DNA of 64,000 nucleotides, taken from the NCBI RefSeq assembly GCF_004010195.1, contig NC_057719.1, positions 73,025,446 to 73,089,445 on the forward strand, written 5' to 3'. Position numbers and translations under genes: made by a program. Under the pieces are notes generated by a model. The model was not told the DNA's origin. It did not search any database and saw only the letters and a program-made list of their open reading frames with translations. The stretch is from Chiloscyllium plagiosum (Eukaryota). Of the stretch, positions 1 to 11,320 are shown one piece after another; within the stretch, counting starts at the first letter, position 1; every line of letters starts with the position of its first letter.

Positions 1-114
1 GACTTGTCAATCTTAATGTTTGACAAAATTTTCAGCACATCAGCTTCCTCTATCTCTATACATTTCAGCATGCACACCTGCTCTTCAAAGGTTTCATTCA
101 CTGGTGTGAGCTAT
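1..114 (-). mobile_element. CR1 LINE ORF2 fragment (runs off the window edge)
   Basis: Minus strand reads ETFEEQVCMLKCIEIEEADVLKILSNIKIDKS, matching the CR1 ORF2 linker motif L..IK.DKS(PGPD). Confidence 0.75.
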
Positions 115-1879
115 TGTGAGGGAATAATAGATAAAATGGCTTTTTTAAGCGAGTTCACCATTGCCAGGTATACTGTTCTTTATGAGTGGTCCTGGCCACT
201 TGCTTTTAAATCACACATTCATCTTGTGGCAGTAAAAAGTTGAGTTCTCCCAGCCACCACTAGTATTTCTCATGCAACCAGCAGATTCAGAAAACCAGCA
301 GGCCACCACTTCCCGTGCATGCTGGATACCGGGAACACATAAATGTATTTTACAAATTGCTATTGGGTTTGCCCTTAAAGCTAAAGGAAACTTACTTGCT
401 CAGATTTCAAAATTAGACCCTAAACCTTCCCACAACTCCTTCGTTGCCTTTTTAAAAGTATCAGGACCTACATCTCCAAGTCTGGGAATCCTTACTCTTC
501 CTCCACCTTTCAATCTGCTGACCTTGTACAAACTCTGCGTGGTAACTCTGAAACTACCAACTCAATTGATGGTGCTTCCACTATAATCCCACATTATGCA
601 GCAGGAGGGTCACATATTTTTGATCTGTTTCTGTATAAAACTGTATTTTAACTCCAAGGCAAATAATCAATGGCTGCATTATCTTTGCAGCTCAGGCACA
701 AAGGCCAAAGAGCTGAATTCACGCTGAAAATTGGAAGTGCACTTTCCCTATAACACAAACTCAGATTAGCTGGTGCAATTATGACATGCAAGGTGAATGG
801 ATTATTAATTATTTCCCAGCAGTTGTTTGTTTGCTTGCTTTGTGGGAATCTATCAAAAAGACCCATGCTTCGCTATTTCGCTCACACTTAGCAATGTCTT
901 TCCAGATTCTTTCAGCACACACGTGGCCCACTGTCCTCGGCTTATTGAGAGCACAATTATTGCTTCTTTTAATCAGGGTTGTGAAATTATATTTTCAATG
1001 AAATGATGTACTTGATCGAAGACCATATTTCCCTCCGGTGCTAAGTTTAAAGAAAATATAGATGCAGCAACAACAGAAGACTTTGTACTTTATGAAACAG
1101 TAATAGATTCCTGTCCTATTATCCTGAATTATTCTTACGAAATATTATGGAAATTAATGAAAACATTTCAAATGAGGGACTGCTCAGACGTTGTTATGGG
1201 CTAATCAAGGTGATCTTGTGTGTACTTGCACATGGGAAATGAAAAAGCAACCTTCTGCTTTCTTCACTCTTTTAAGATCTGATGTTGCTCCCTCCAAAGA
1301 CTGTACTGTAGAAATGCTGAAGTGACTCGGTTTGATTTGTATTGCCATGCTTTGTGTGTCCTGTCAAAATTGGAGTGCGAGGGGTTAGTCTAGTTCCCCA
1401 CTTCATTGTGTTCTGTGGGGAGTTAATAAAAGTTAATCGAGTTTCACCAATTATTTTTATGTGCTGTATCAAGGCTTCCAGTCAGTGAATCAAGCTGTCA
1501 CAAGTTTTTACCCATGCAATTTAAAACGGTGAATTATCTAATTACTTCCAGCAGCTGTTACATGTGTACCTTGCCTTTAAGAGAATTCACCCTTAAGAAC
1601 TTCATGGGCTGCATGTACACAATGGTGTGACTCTATGTGATAATTAGTCTGCTGCGGATCTGCAAGCCATGCACACACAGAAATCTGTCAGTGTGCTGCA
1701 ACATCAGCTTAATAATTTGTAATGTGTTCTACTGTGCTAAATCAACTATCCCACAGAGTTAATCAATCCCTGACAAGTTGATTGGTTATAAGGCTATGAT
1801 CATTAATATGACATGGTGAACTGTAGTAGAAAATATTGTGCTGATGCAGCCTATTGAACAGTCAGCAGGCAAGGTACAG

Positions 1880-1980
1880 GTAAAAATCACACAACACCAG
1901 GTTTATTTGGAAGTACTAACTTTCGGAGCGCCGGTCCTTCATCAATTGTCCACCCCAGTCCAACAGCGGCACCTCCAAGT
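1880..1980 (-). mobile_element. PLE pseudo-LTR fragment, family B, with degenerate hammerhead motif
   Basis: Minus strand TTGATGAAGGACCGGCGCTCCGAAAGTTA; shares AAAATCACACAACACCAGG..TTATTTGGAAG with the copies at 35275 and 51676; near-TSD caaggtacag/caatgtacag (1870-1879, 1981-1990). Confidence 0.7.
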
Positions 1981-2815
1981 CAATGTACAGATAGAAGACA
2001 TGGTTGCCTGACCGAAATCATGCTAAAGTACCTTTACATTTTGTCAATATCTTTATAAGAGATGGTCAAAAGCATATTGTTAAAAGCATTAAATTCAATT
2101 AAATTGGGACACAGTAAATCTCCTAACCGAACGCAACATGTTTAAACATTGTTCAGAGCTATCATTTCCAACTTCAGGTGTGTTCAATATAGAAAACAAG
2201 CTATTAACATTTACTTAACAATTAGGACTCAAGGATTGCTCAGGTTTAATATGTTAGTTAACAGCTAAAAGATCTTCAAAAGATATGATCCATATTAGAA
2301 GATTAAACTTACAAATTCATCACATGAAATACAGAAATATACTGAATCTATATAGCACTTTGTGAGCATAGTAGAGTTCTTACTATGTCAGTTTTCAGAT
2401 GGGGAGCTGACAACAGAATTTTTGAGTTGATGCTTGCATCCACGCACAAGGAAGGTTTTCAAAAAGATTTGCTAGTTATATTGACATTAGCATTTCTGCC
2501 TTCTGCACACTCATTTTCACCTGCCATCAAATTCATGCCATTAACATTATCTCAGCTATAACTGATACTTCCCCTTTCTAAGTTTGGCTATTTACAGGTT
2601 CTGCTGCCTTTTTTACATTGCTCTGGTACCCGACCACAACTGGCACCTAGTTGCTGTTATTTGCTGATTCTATAACTCTTAGGTGTCTGTTTCACAATAT
2701 AACCTTCATTGGATATAGCATTCCAGGTGGGCTCAGCCCACAGCCTGTACAAATTCAGGATAATTTTCTGAGATGTGTGGTCTATTGTACTATCTGTACA
2801 GCTTCTATCAGATCT

Positions 2816-3873
2816 CGTTATGCTGCTAGATGTCATGCTAATGGATTCTGTGATGCAAAGTATGTGATTGATGTCAATTTAAAATAATTTATTTTAGAAT
2901 TTGATATTTGAATGTCAGTTTTAGTCTGTCTTTATAAGATGGCTTAATGATTGACTTGTAATGCTTTCTGCAGCCTTGGCTTGTTAAACAAAATCAGTGT
3001 GAGAGAGTGGACCTGATGGTTAATGGGAATTTGTTACATTGGAAGAATTTTTACCAGTGAAAGAAGTAAACAGTGTTGGCTTCAGTCAGAAGAATCTAGA
3101 ATTGTATTTTTTTTTGGCTTCAGAGAGACATACATTGCTTGAAAGAAGTTTTTCCTGAAGAAAGGAGATAGTTTAGAATGGCTAAGAAATAGATTATCAC
3201 ACTGTACAAAATTTACTTTTGAAATTTCCAGACCTGTGTGTTTGGTTAAGACCTGAAGTGATCATTTAAAGCTGAGAAAGTCTAAGTTCTATTGAATATT
3301 CAACAAAGAGGCTATCAGATTCCCAAGATCAGGAATTAAAGTATCAGTTGAGCCCTGTGGATGTGATAGATAAGGGAATTCTCTGGTGTGAATATTTTGA
3401 AGGAGTGCTGTTGGGCTTAATGTGATTGTATTGTATGGTATGTTTTGAAATGTTTAATCGTATGTTATATGTAAATAGCTTATTTTATTTTTACTTCATT
3501 GCCTGCTGTGACAAACTACTATTTAGTTGTTAAAAACAAATTTGCAGCACTGTGTGCTTATATTTTAGTGAAACCTCATTAAAACCAAAAGAAAACAAAA
3601 TATGACACATAAAGCCAAATTTCAGTCTGGGATCTGACATTCCCAGTAATAACATCAGCAGGAACCTTTACAACTGGAAGTTCTTGGTGTGATCTGAATT
3701 CACTGGATTTAAGAGATCTATGTAAACCTTTTTAAAATAATGGATATGTCGTGGATCGAGACATTAAACAGCTGTGTTATGGTGAAGTTCACTGAAATTT
3801 GAGGATCTCTTTGAATGTTGCTAAGTATTTTCTGGAAGCGGAAGATATTATAGTGGGTTTATTTGAAATAAGA
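2816..3873 (+). mobile_element. Decayed LTR retrotransposon 5' remnant (LTR ~2816-3672, PBS-like 3675-3693, gag-like start)
   Basis: 3' end TCTGGGATCTGAC..CAGTAATAACATCAGCAGGAACCTTTACA is homologous in reverse complement to 19898-19955; it is followed by TGG.. (degenerate tRNA-Pro-type PBS) and a short frame ISLNVAKYFLEAEDIIVGLF at 3805. Confidence 0.5.
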
Positions 3874-5149
3874 CACATATCAGAGAGTAGCTCCTTGTAT
3901 CACATATTTTAGTGCTGGTTATTCCCATTAAGGGAATTAGTTAGGAAGGAGAAAGAGTGCATGTGAGTTTGTACTGAACTGTGAAATGCAAATAAACTGA
4001 TGTGGAAGACAAAATAAGCCCACTTTCCTGCTTAGTAAATTGATGAATAGCAATTTAACAACTCAAAGTAATGACATGATTGTGATGCACTGCAGTATTG
4101 ATATTTGATGGGAGGTTGTTGTCAAATTTTTGTTTGATGGATGAATGCTGATAAAATCATGTACAGAACTGGCTAAGATAAATAGCAGTGTGGAGAAACT
4201 GAATTGACTTCAGCAGATCCAAACATCTGGCAATCTCGGTTTGTCTATTTAATTCATTCAGCTTCCTCAACCTGTGTATCTCTGCTAAGTCTATCCCACT
4301 AGAATGTGCTGGCAGTCGAAGTTCGAATTAAAATATGAAAAGCTGACAAGGCAAGTAAAAAGAAAAATTAAAGTCAGTGTAATTTTAATTGATAGTAACA
4401 CTATCTCTTTATATATGCCGCAAATGTGTTCATCTGAATAAATGAAACTTGCTCCCTGATGAGGCTCCATTCTTCAGAGTGGAGACAAGGAAAAGAACAG
4501 GACTATTACACTGGATCTTACAGGAAATTGACCAGGCATCATTTTTGTTGAATTTTATGGAGGCTTTCTTCCAGCGTCATACGTTATGGTCCCAAATGTC
4601 CCTCACCCATGCACAATTCTCCAATCGTGCCCCGTTCATTGTTTTCTCCTACTCACCATAGGCAGATGTATTTGCCAATGTAAGGGCATTCTGGGATCCC
4701 CAATGCCATCTTTGAACTCTGCCATGCACATGGTTAAGTGTTGGCAGTCTGGAGTTTCATTCACTCTTCATGTAGCAGGAGAGCATCAACAAACCAACAC
4801 TTCCCAGGGCATATAGGTGGCACAGCTGACTCTTCATTGCAGTTAAGTGCACAGTCTCACATCTCTTTCTGGTTAGAACCTAAGCAACACATCTCACCCC
4901 ATCTCATCGTAAACTCTGTCATACTTAGTGCTACCCTTTTCCCAATGCCCAGTGTAACCAAATTCTTACAGGTAAAACATCAAATGGGTCAAAACATTCG
5001 TTATTATTCATCAAACACCAAGAGCAAATAATAAACAAACAGGAATTGCACTCATCTCTCAGAACAGAAATGGACTGCTTGCCTTTTGAGCACCAACAAA
5101 TATACAGTCAGTGAGTGATCACTGCACATAGCTCATTTGTATTAGAAGT

Positions 5150-5880
5150 GGTTGTCAATGAAATCCTGTCTGGCTTGTTGCAATTGAGACAGCAGCACTC
5201 CAACATGCTGAAATTTACATCTCTCCTGCTCAGTGTCCTCATCTTCCTCCTTGTGCATCCATCACATCTCCTCTTTGCTTGTACCAGTTGTGCAGAATGC
5301 AGCATGCTTGGATTATGTGGGACACTCTGTCTGGGCTGTACCACAAGGGCCCCCGCAGGCCAATCCAAGTATCAGAACTTCATCTTCAGGATGCCTACTG
5401 TCTGTTCCATGATGGCCTTAATGAAGAATGGGCTGCATTGCTCAGCATTAGTCAGGAGTTGTTTAATCAAGTCATTAGCCATGGTCACAGAGGGTACCAT
5501 TTGTCTCCCAGTAACCATCATTTAAGGCATCCAGTCCTTGAAGCAAAGCAAGAATATATAGATGAATTGTATGTGATGGAATGAAACTCTTTCTAACTGA
5601 TGCACTCAGCAATGTTATACTCTGATGTTCTCAATGTAAAGTGTGGACAGTCTGAAGTGTCTTGCACCTGGGTCAAGTCAGCCATACTGCCTGCGCTACA
5701 GCACTGACCTTGTCACAGGGAAATAGGATGAAAATGGCATGATCTTGCAACAACCTTGATGGTGGATGGTTGAGAAATCCCACATAGGTCCCCAGTGGAT
5801 TCTTGGAAGGAGCCAGTAACATAACAATTTAGCACAACTGTCATTGTGATGGTCAATGGCATCACGATGGGATGACCATG
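5150..5880 (-). pseudogene. Harbinger/PIF (HARBI1-like) DDE transposase pseudogene, 3' part
   Basis: Frameshifted minus-strand motifs VLNCYVTGSFQESTGDLCGISQ, QVQDTSDCPH (GAIDCTH), KEFHSI (KGFHS), [57 protein letters not shown]. Confidence 0.9.
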
Positions 5881-6803
5881 TCATAGAGTCATAGAGTCCT
5901 CCAGCACAGAGACAGGCCCTTTGGCCCAAAGTGACCCATGCCGTCCAAAATGTCCATGATGCTAACCCTATTTCCCTGCACTTGGTTCATATCCTTCTAA
6001 TCCTTTACTATCCATGTATTTGTCCAAGTGCCTTTAAATGTTGCTCATGTACCTGCCTCAACCTGCCATAACTCATTCCATATGTGGACCACCCTTTGTT
6101 TAAAAAAAGAGTTGCCCCTCAGATTCTTTCCCTCTAACCTTAAACTGATGCCCTCTAGTCCTTGATTCCCCAACTCTGGGAAAAAGACTGAGTGCATTTA
6201 CCCTAACCGTGCCTCTCATGATCTTATACGCTTCTCAGATGCTCCTGAGTCTCCTACACTCTAAAGAAAAAAGTCTTAGCTTGTCTAACCTCTCCCTATA
6301 ACTCAGACCATTGAGTCCAGGCAACATTCTTGTAATTTTTTTCTGCACTCTTTCCAGTTTAATAACATCCTTCCTATAGCAAGGTGACCAAAACTGAACA
6401 CAATACTCCAAGTGCAGCCTCATCAATGTCCAGTCTAACCACTGTATAACTTCCCAACTTCTATACTCAGTGTCCTGACTGATAAAGGAGAGTGTGCCAA
6501 AAGCCTTCTTCACTGCCCTGTCTCCCTGTGACTCCACTTTCAGAGAACTGTGCACCTGAATTTCAAGATCCCTCTGTTCTACTACACACCTGAAGGCCGT
6601 ACCATTCACCATGAAACTCGTACCTTGATTTGACTTTACAAAATGCAAGACCTCACACTTATCTACATTAAAATCTATTTGACATTTCTCGGCCTTTCAG
6701 CTGATCAAGGTCCTGCTGCAATTTCTGATAACCTTTCTTACTATCCACAATACCGCCTATTTTAGTGTCATCTGCAAACTTGTATATTCTCATCTAAATC
6801 ATT
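5881..6803 (-). mobile_element. CR1 LINE 3' part (RT C-terminus and 3' UTR with (GACTCTAT)n tail)
   Basis: ORF 6235-6648 contains HLEYCVQFWSPCYRKDVIKLERVQ; tail tcatagagtcatagag at 5881. Confidence 0.95.
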
Positions 6804-7754
6804 GATCTATATGGACTTCAGTAAGGCATACAACAAGGCTCCCCTTGGGAGACTGATTAGCAAGGTTAGATCTCATGAAATACAGGGAGAACTAGCCATT
6901 TGGATACAGAACTGGCTCAAAGGTTGAAGACAGAGGGTGGTGGTGGAGGGTTGTTTTTCAGACTGGAGGCCTGTGACCAGTGGAGTGCCACAAGGATCGG
7001 TGCTGGGTCCTCTACTTTTTGTCATTTACATAAATGATTTGGATGCGAGCATAAGAGGTACAGTTAGTAAGTTTGCAGATGACACNNNNNNNNNNNNNNN
7101 NNNNNNNNNNNNNNNNNNNNNNNNNNNNNNNNNNNNNNGTATTGAGTACAGGAGTTGGGAGGTCATGTTGCGGCTGTACAGGACATTGGTTAGGCCACTG
7201 TTGGAATATTGCGTGCAATTCTGGTCTCCTTCCTATCGGAAAGATGTTGTGAAACTTGAAAGGGTTCAGAAAAGATTTACAAGGATGTTGCCAGGGTTGA
7301 GGATTTGAGCTATATGGAGAGGCTGAACAGGCTGGGGCTGTTTTCCCTGGAGCGTCAGAGGCTAAGGGGTGGCCTTATAGAGGTTTACAAAATTATGAGG
7401 GGCATGGATAGGATAAATAGACAAAGTCTTTTCCCTGGGGTCAGGAAGTCCAGAACTAGAGGTCATAGGTTTAGGGTGCGAGGAGAAAGATATAAAAGAG
7501 ACCTAAGCGGCAACGTTTTCATGCAGAGGATGGTACATGTATGGAATGAGCTGCCAGAGGAAATGGTGGGGGCTGGTAGAATTGCAACATTTAAGAGACA
7601 TTTGGATGGGTATATGAATAGGAAGGGTTTGGAGGGATATGGGCTGGGTGCTGGCAGGTGGGACTAGACTGGGTTGGGATATCTGGTCGGATGGACGGGT
7701 TGGACCAAAGGGTCTGTTTCCATGCTGTACATCTCTATGACTCTATGACTCTAT
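6804..7754 (+). mobile_element. Young 5'-truncated CR1 LINE nested antisense in the older CR1
   Basis: [43 protein letters not shown]; ends in ctctatgactctatgactctat. Confidence 0.95.
7086..7138. other. Assembly gap (53 N)
   Basis: Run of N inside the young CR1. Confidence 1.
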
Positions 7755-8277
7755 AACAAATAGTCATGGGCCCAGCACTGACCACTGAGGCACTCCACTA
7801 ATCAGAGGCCTCCAGTCTGACAAGCATCCTTCCACTATTACCCTCTGCTTCCTAACATAAAGCCAATTTTGTATCCAATTTGCCAGCTTACCCTGGATTC
7901 CGTACGATCTAACCTTCCAGAGCAGTCTACCACGTTGAACCTTATCAAAGGCCTGACTGAAATCCATATAGACAATATCTACTGCCTCACCCTCATCAGC
8001 CTTCCTGGTCACTTCATCAAAGAACTCTAACAAATTTGTGAGGCATCATCTCCCACTCATAAAGCCATGTTGACTATTCCTAATCAAACCTGGTCTTGAT
8101 GTATACCTTATCTCCCAGAATCTTCTCAAGTAACTTATCCACCACAAATGTTAAGCTTACGGGTCTACAATATCCAGGCTTTTCTCTGCACCCCTTCTTG
8201 AACCATGGCACAACATTTGCTACCCTCCAGTCTTCCGGGACCTCACCCATGTCTTATGATGATGCAATAATATCAGC
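7755..8277 (-). mobile_element. CR1 LINE RT region, continuation of the 5881-6803 element
   Basis: ORF 7764-8033: AVDIVYMDFSQAFDKV..SGVPQWSVLGP; colinear with 5881-6803 once the nested copy is removed. Confidence 0.9.
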
Positions 8278-8320
8278 CTGTCATTGTGATGGTCAATGGC
8301 ATCACAATGGGATGACCACA

Positions 8321-8397
8321 TCATAGAGTCATAGAGTCCTCCAGCACAGAGACAGGCCCTTTGGCCCAAAGTGGTCCATGCCGACCAAAATGTCCAT
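8321..8397 (-). mobile_element. CR1 3' tail fragment (77 bp)
   Basis: Near-identical to 5881-5957. Confidence 0.85.
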
Positions 8398-8650
8398 TCA
8401 TGCAGTGTTTTTGGATATATCTGGCCCTTTAGGTAACGTGTTCCACAGCTGGTGGAGCTCAGTGATAGTGTCATTGAGCATTCTCACCTTGCAGTGAGCT
8501 CTGTGCCTTGCTCATCTGGAAATTGCATTAAAGCTGATAGACTCTGACTCTCTTGTACCTGCTGCACACTCTGAGGAAACCTTCAGCTGTGGCTACCACA
8601 TGTGAAAGCTGTTCACCTTCTGCTGCCTATTGCACCTGGGCTTGCTGTTG
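8398..8650 (-). pseudogene. Harbinger transposase pseudogene, 5' part
   Basis: Minus strand RYKRVRVYQL*CNFQMSKAQ..RMLNDTITELHQL resembles the Harbinger N-terminal RVYR..MSE.QC.RRLRL....ELC motif; colinear with 5150-5880. Confidence 0.7.
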
Positions 8651-9459
8651 CATCTAATCATCTTCCATTTCTCTGCACTTTTGTTGCATCACAACAACAG
8701 CGACAATAACCTCTGTCCTGGCTGGATCCATCAGCCACCCTTGCAATGAACCTGTGTGGGGAGTATCAGAAACAGAACAGGTCCTCAGTAATGTGAGCAG
8801 TCAGCATTCACAACATTCACAAATGATGGTTTAGAATTCACCGCCATATACTGGGACATGAGGACTCTGACCTGAAACTTATTCCAAGAAATGCATCAGC
8901 AATCATGTCACAAAGAGGCAGAAGGAGCTTGTAGGTGCTGTATGGGGACAGAGACCTTGTCTTCCCAACCCCATGTCACTCAAGAAAGGCATCATTACAT
9001 ATAAGACCTTGTTGGTGAATAGGCACACTTCAAGGTGAGAAGGAATCAGTTGAATTCCCTAGTAATGCCTTTGAGATTTCGCATTAACTTTATAAATTGT
9101 TCCCCACAGCCACTTTCAAAGTCACCTGGGATGATTTCTGATTTACAGAGATGGCCATCTTTAATCTGTAATGACCAATGGCCAAGTCAAGATTTTGAGT
9201 GACAACCATTTGAACTCCAAACAGTTGCTTATGGCAGGTACTTCACATAAGGATGCTATGATGATGGACGACCTCAACCTGTACAGGGTCAGTGCCTGAT
9301 TAATGCAATTAATTTTAAATGCCTCACATCACTCACAAACAGAGCCCACATGCTCAGACAGAAAAAGCACACCGACTCTGTTCAAACCTATGTCCAGTCA
9401 GCAGTTTTGGGTCACAGAACCACCGCAGTGTTACACCACAGAATAGGGCCATTCATCTG

Positions 9460-9860
9460 TCTAAGGAGGCAACTTTGGAGAAGTTGGGTTTGATTCCTCT
9501 GGAGATTGGAAGATTGAGGGATGATGTGATTGAAATGTATAAGATCTTGAATGGTCTTGACAAGGAGGATGTGCGCATGATGGTTCTTCGTGTGCGTGAG
9601 TCCAGATCTCTGTAGCACTGTCTAATAGTTAGGGGTCATGCTTTTAGGACTGATTGAAGGATTTTATTTCTCTCTCAGAGGGTTCAACTCTCGGTCTTAG
9701 AGGAGAGGGGTTATTGAATATTTTTAAGAGAGAGGTGGATAGATTGTTAAGTGAGAGAATCAACGGTTATTGGGGTAGATGGGAATATTGAAATTGGCAC
9801 ACAAACAGATCAGCCATGATCTTACTGAATGGATCAGGATCAAAGGACTGAATGGCCGAT
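9460..9860 (+). mobile_element. Old CR1 3' fragment
   Basis: LEKLGLIPLEIGRLRDDVIEMYKILNGLDK followed by CR1-type 3' UTR (cagccatgatctt..gaatggcc). Confidence 0.8.
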
Positions 9861-9867
9861 TTTTTTT

Positions 9868-9982
9868 AGGTTAGATTCCCTGCAGTGTGGAAACAGGCCC
9901 TTTGGCCCAACAAGTCCACACCGATCTTCCGAAGAGTAACCCACACAGACCCATTTCCCTCTGACAAATGCACCTAACACTA
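9868..9982 (-). mobile_element. HE1-like SINE 3' fragment
   Basis: cagtgtggaaacaggccc..aagtccacaccga..gaagagtaacccac matches the full copies at 40107 and 63112. Confidence 0.85.
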
Positions 9983-10338
9983 TTCTGCTCATAATTCATG
10001 AACATTGCCAGGAAAGGTTGAACATTGTCTGGAGAGATTGAACATTGCTGGGAGGGGGAATGAATATTACTAGTGGTGCTCTCACTTTATCGTTGTGCTT
10101 TGATACTAACTGATTTACTTCATGTTCCACTGGCTTCACACCTACTACAAAAACTTAAAGTAAATCAGCATAAGTGTAAATGTCAATATAAAGCGAAGAG
10201 CGCAAGTTTCCCTGGTTTTGGGTACCTGATCCTATTGTTGTTGGAATCGTGCAGCAATCAAAGGAAGGTAAATCTAGTCATCACAAGTTTAGATCTTCTG
10301 TGTAATTACCATGGATTTGCATGTGTCAGGATGCCCTT

Positions 10339-10890
10339 GTATTTTCAGCATTTTTAGTTTTTATTTCAGATTTCCAACATCTGCAGTATTTCGCTGTTGC
10401 TATTGCAGCTTGGAAGCCTCCAGACATGCAAAAATAATGTGACTTGAGTAAAGGTCTTTTCTTATATCAGAAGATTTGGCTCAATATTATGAGAAAAATG
10501 GCATCGTTTATTTCAGCACTGTGTCCTGAGGCAGGACGTAGAAGGTATGACTAACAAAGTTCTGAAGAATAAGAAGTGAATTGTGTATTTTATCTGCACC
10601 ACTTAAGAATGCTGACAAATCTTTCCTGTAAATTAAACAAAGGAATCTCTGATGACACATTTAAACTGTATTTGAAATATTCAGCAACTAGGAGGCTTCC
10701 AGGCTGCAATAGCAACAGCGAAATGCAGGTGTTGGAAATCTGAAATAAAAACTGAAATTGCTGAAAATACTCAGCAGGGATGGTAGCATCAGTGAAGAGG
10801 GAAACACAGTTAACAAATTAGGTCAATGACATTTCATCAGTTCTGACCTGAAATATTAATTCTCTTTCACCACAGATGCTGCTGAGTTTT
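10339..10890. mobile_element. PLE-derived pseudo-LTR repeat (family C) with inverted partial duplicate
   Basis: Arms 10339-10421 and 10691-10770 are reverse complements; 10720-10890 matches the tgcagatgctggaaatctgaaataaaaac..ttcatcag repeat also seen at 15593 and 49963. Confidence 0.65.
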
Positions 10891-11295
10891 GTCAATATTT
10901 TAAATCTTTTTTTTCCCATTCTGGGAATTAATTCCATCAGGGTAGTGAAGGATGAGGATGAAAAGAAAGATGGGTTAGACTGGCACAACTAATGAGGTGT
11001 GGACTCCAGCTGAAGGTTCACAAGCCCAGAGGCAAACAGATCATTTCATGTAAGACTGTGTTGGTGAATATGCACAGTTCAAGGTGAAAAGGAACCAGCT
11101 GCATTTCCCAGTAATGCCTTTGAGATTTTGCATTAACTTTAACTCCCACGATAGGGAGTGTCAAATCTGTTTTGTGGCTGTTCGGTTTCAGAGCATGCGT
11201 TATCATCAATTCTGACAAGCTGCTTCATCGGATTTATCTGTTAGGCGGTGTCCAAGCAGACTGCATTATTTCCTGCCCATCCAAATACCTCATGC

Positions 11296-11320
11296 CTAAT
11301 CTAATCTAATCTAATCTAAT
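11296..11320 (+). repeat. (CTAAT)5 microsatellite at the PLE 5' junction
   Basis: Direct read. Confidence 0.95.

Noticed and set aside
115..614. Possible 500-bp solo LTR (TGTGAG...GTCACA)
   Set aside because: Termini are suggestive, but the flanks (ctat/tatt) do not form a TSD and there is no second copy in the window.
5115..5584. 136-aa and 101-aa plus-strand ORFs
   Set aside because: Antisense shadows of the minus-strand Harbinger pseudogene.
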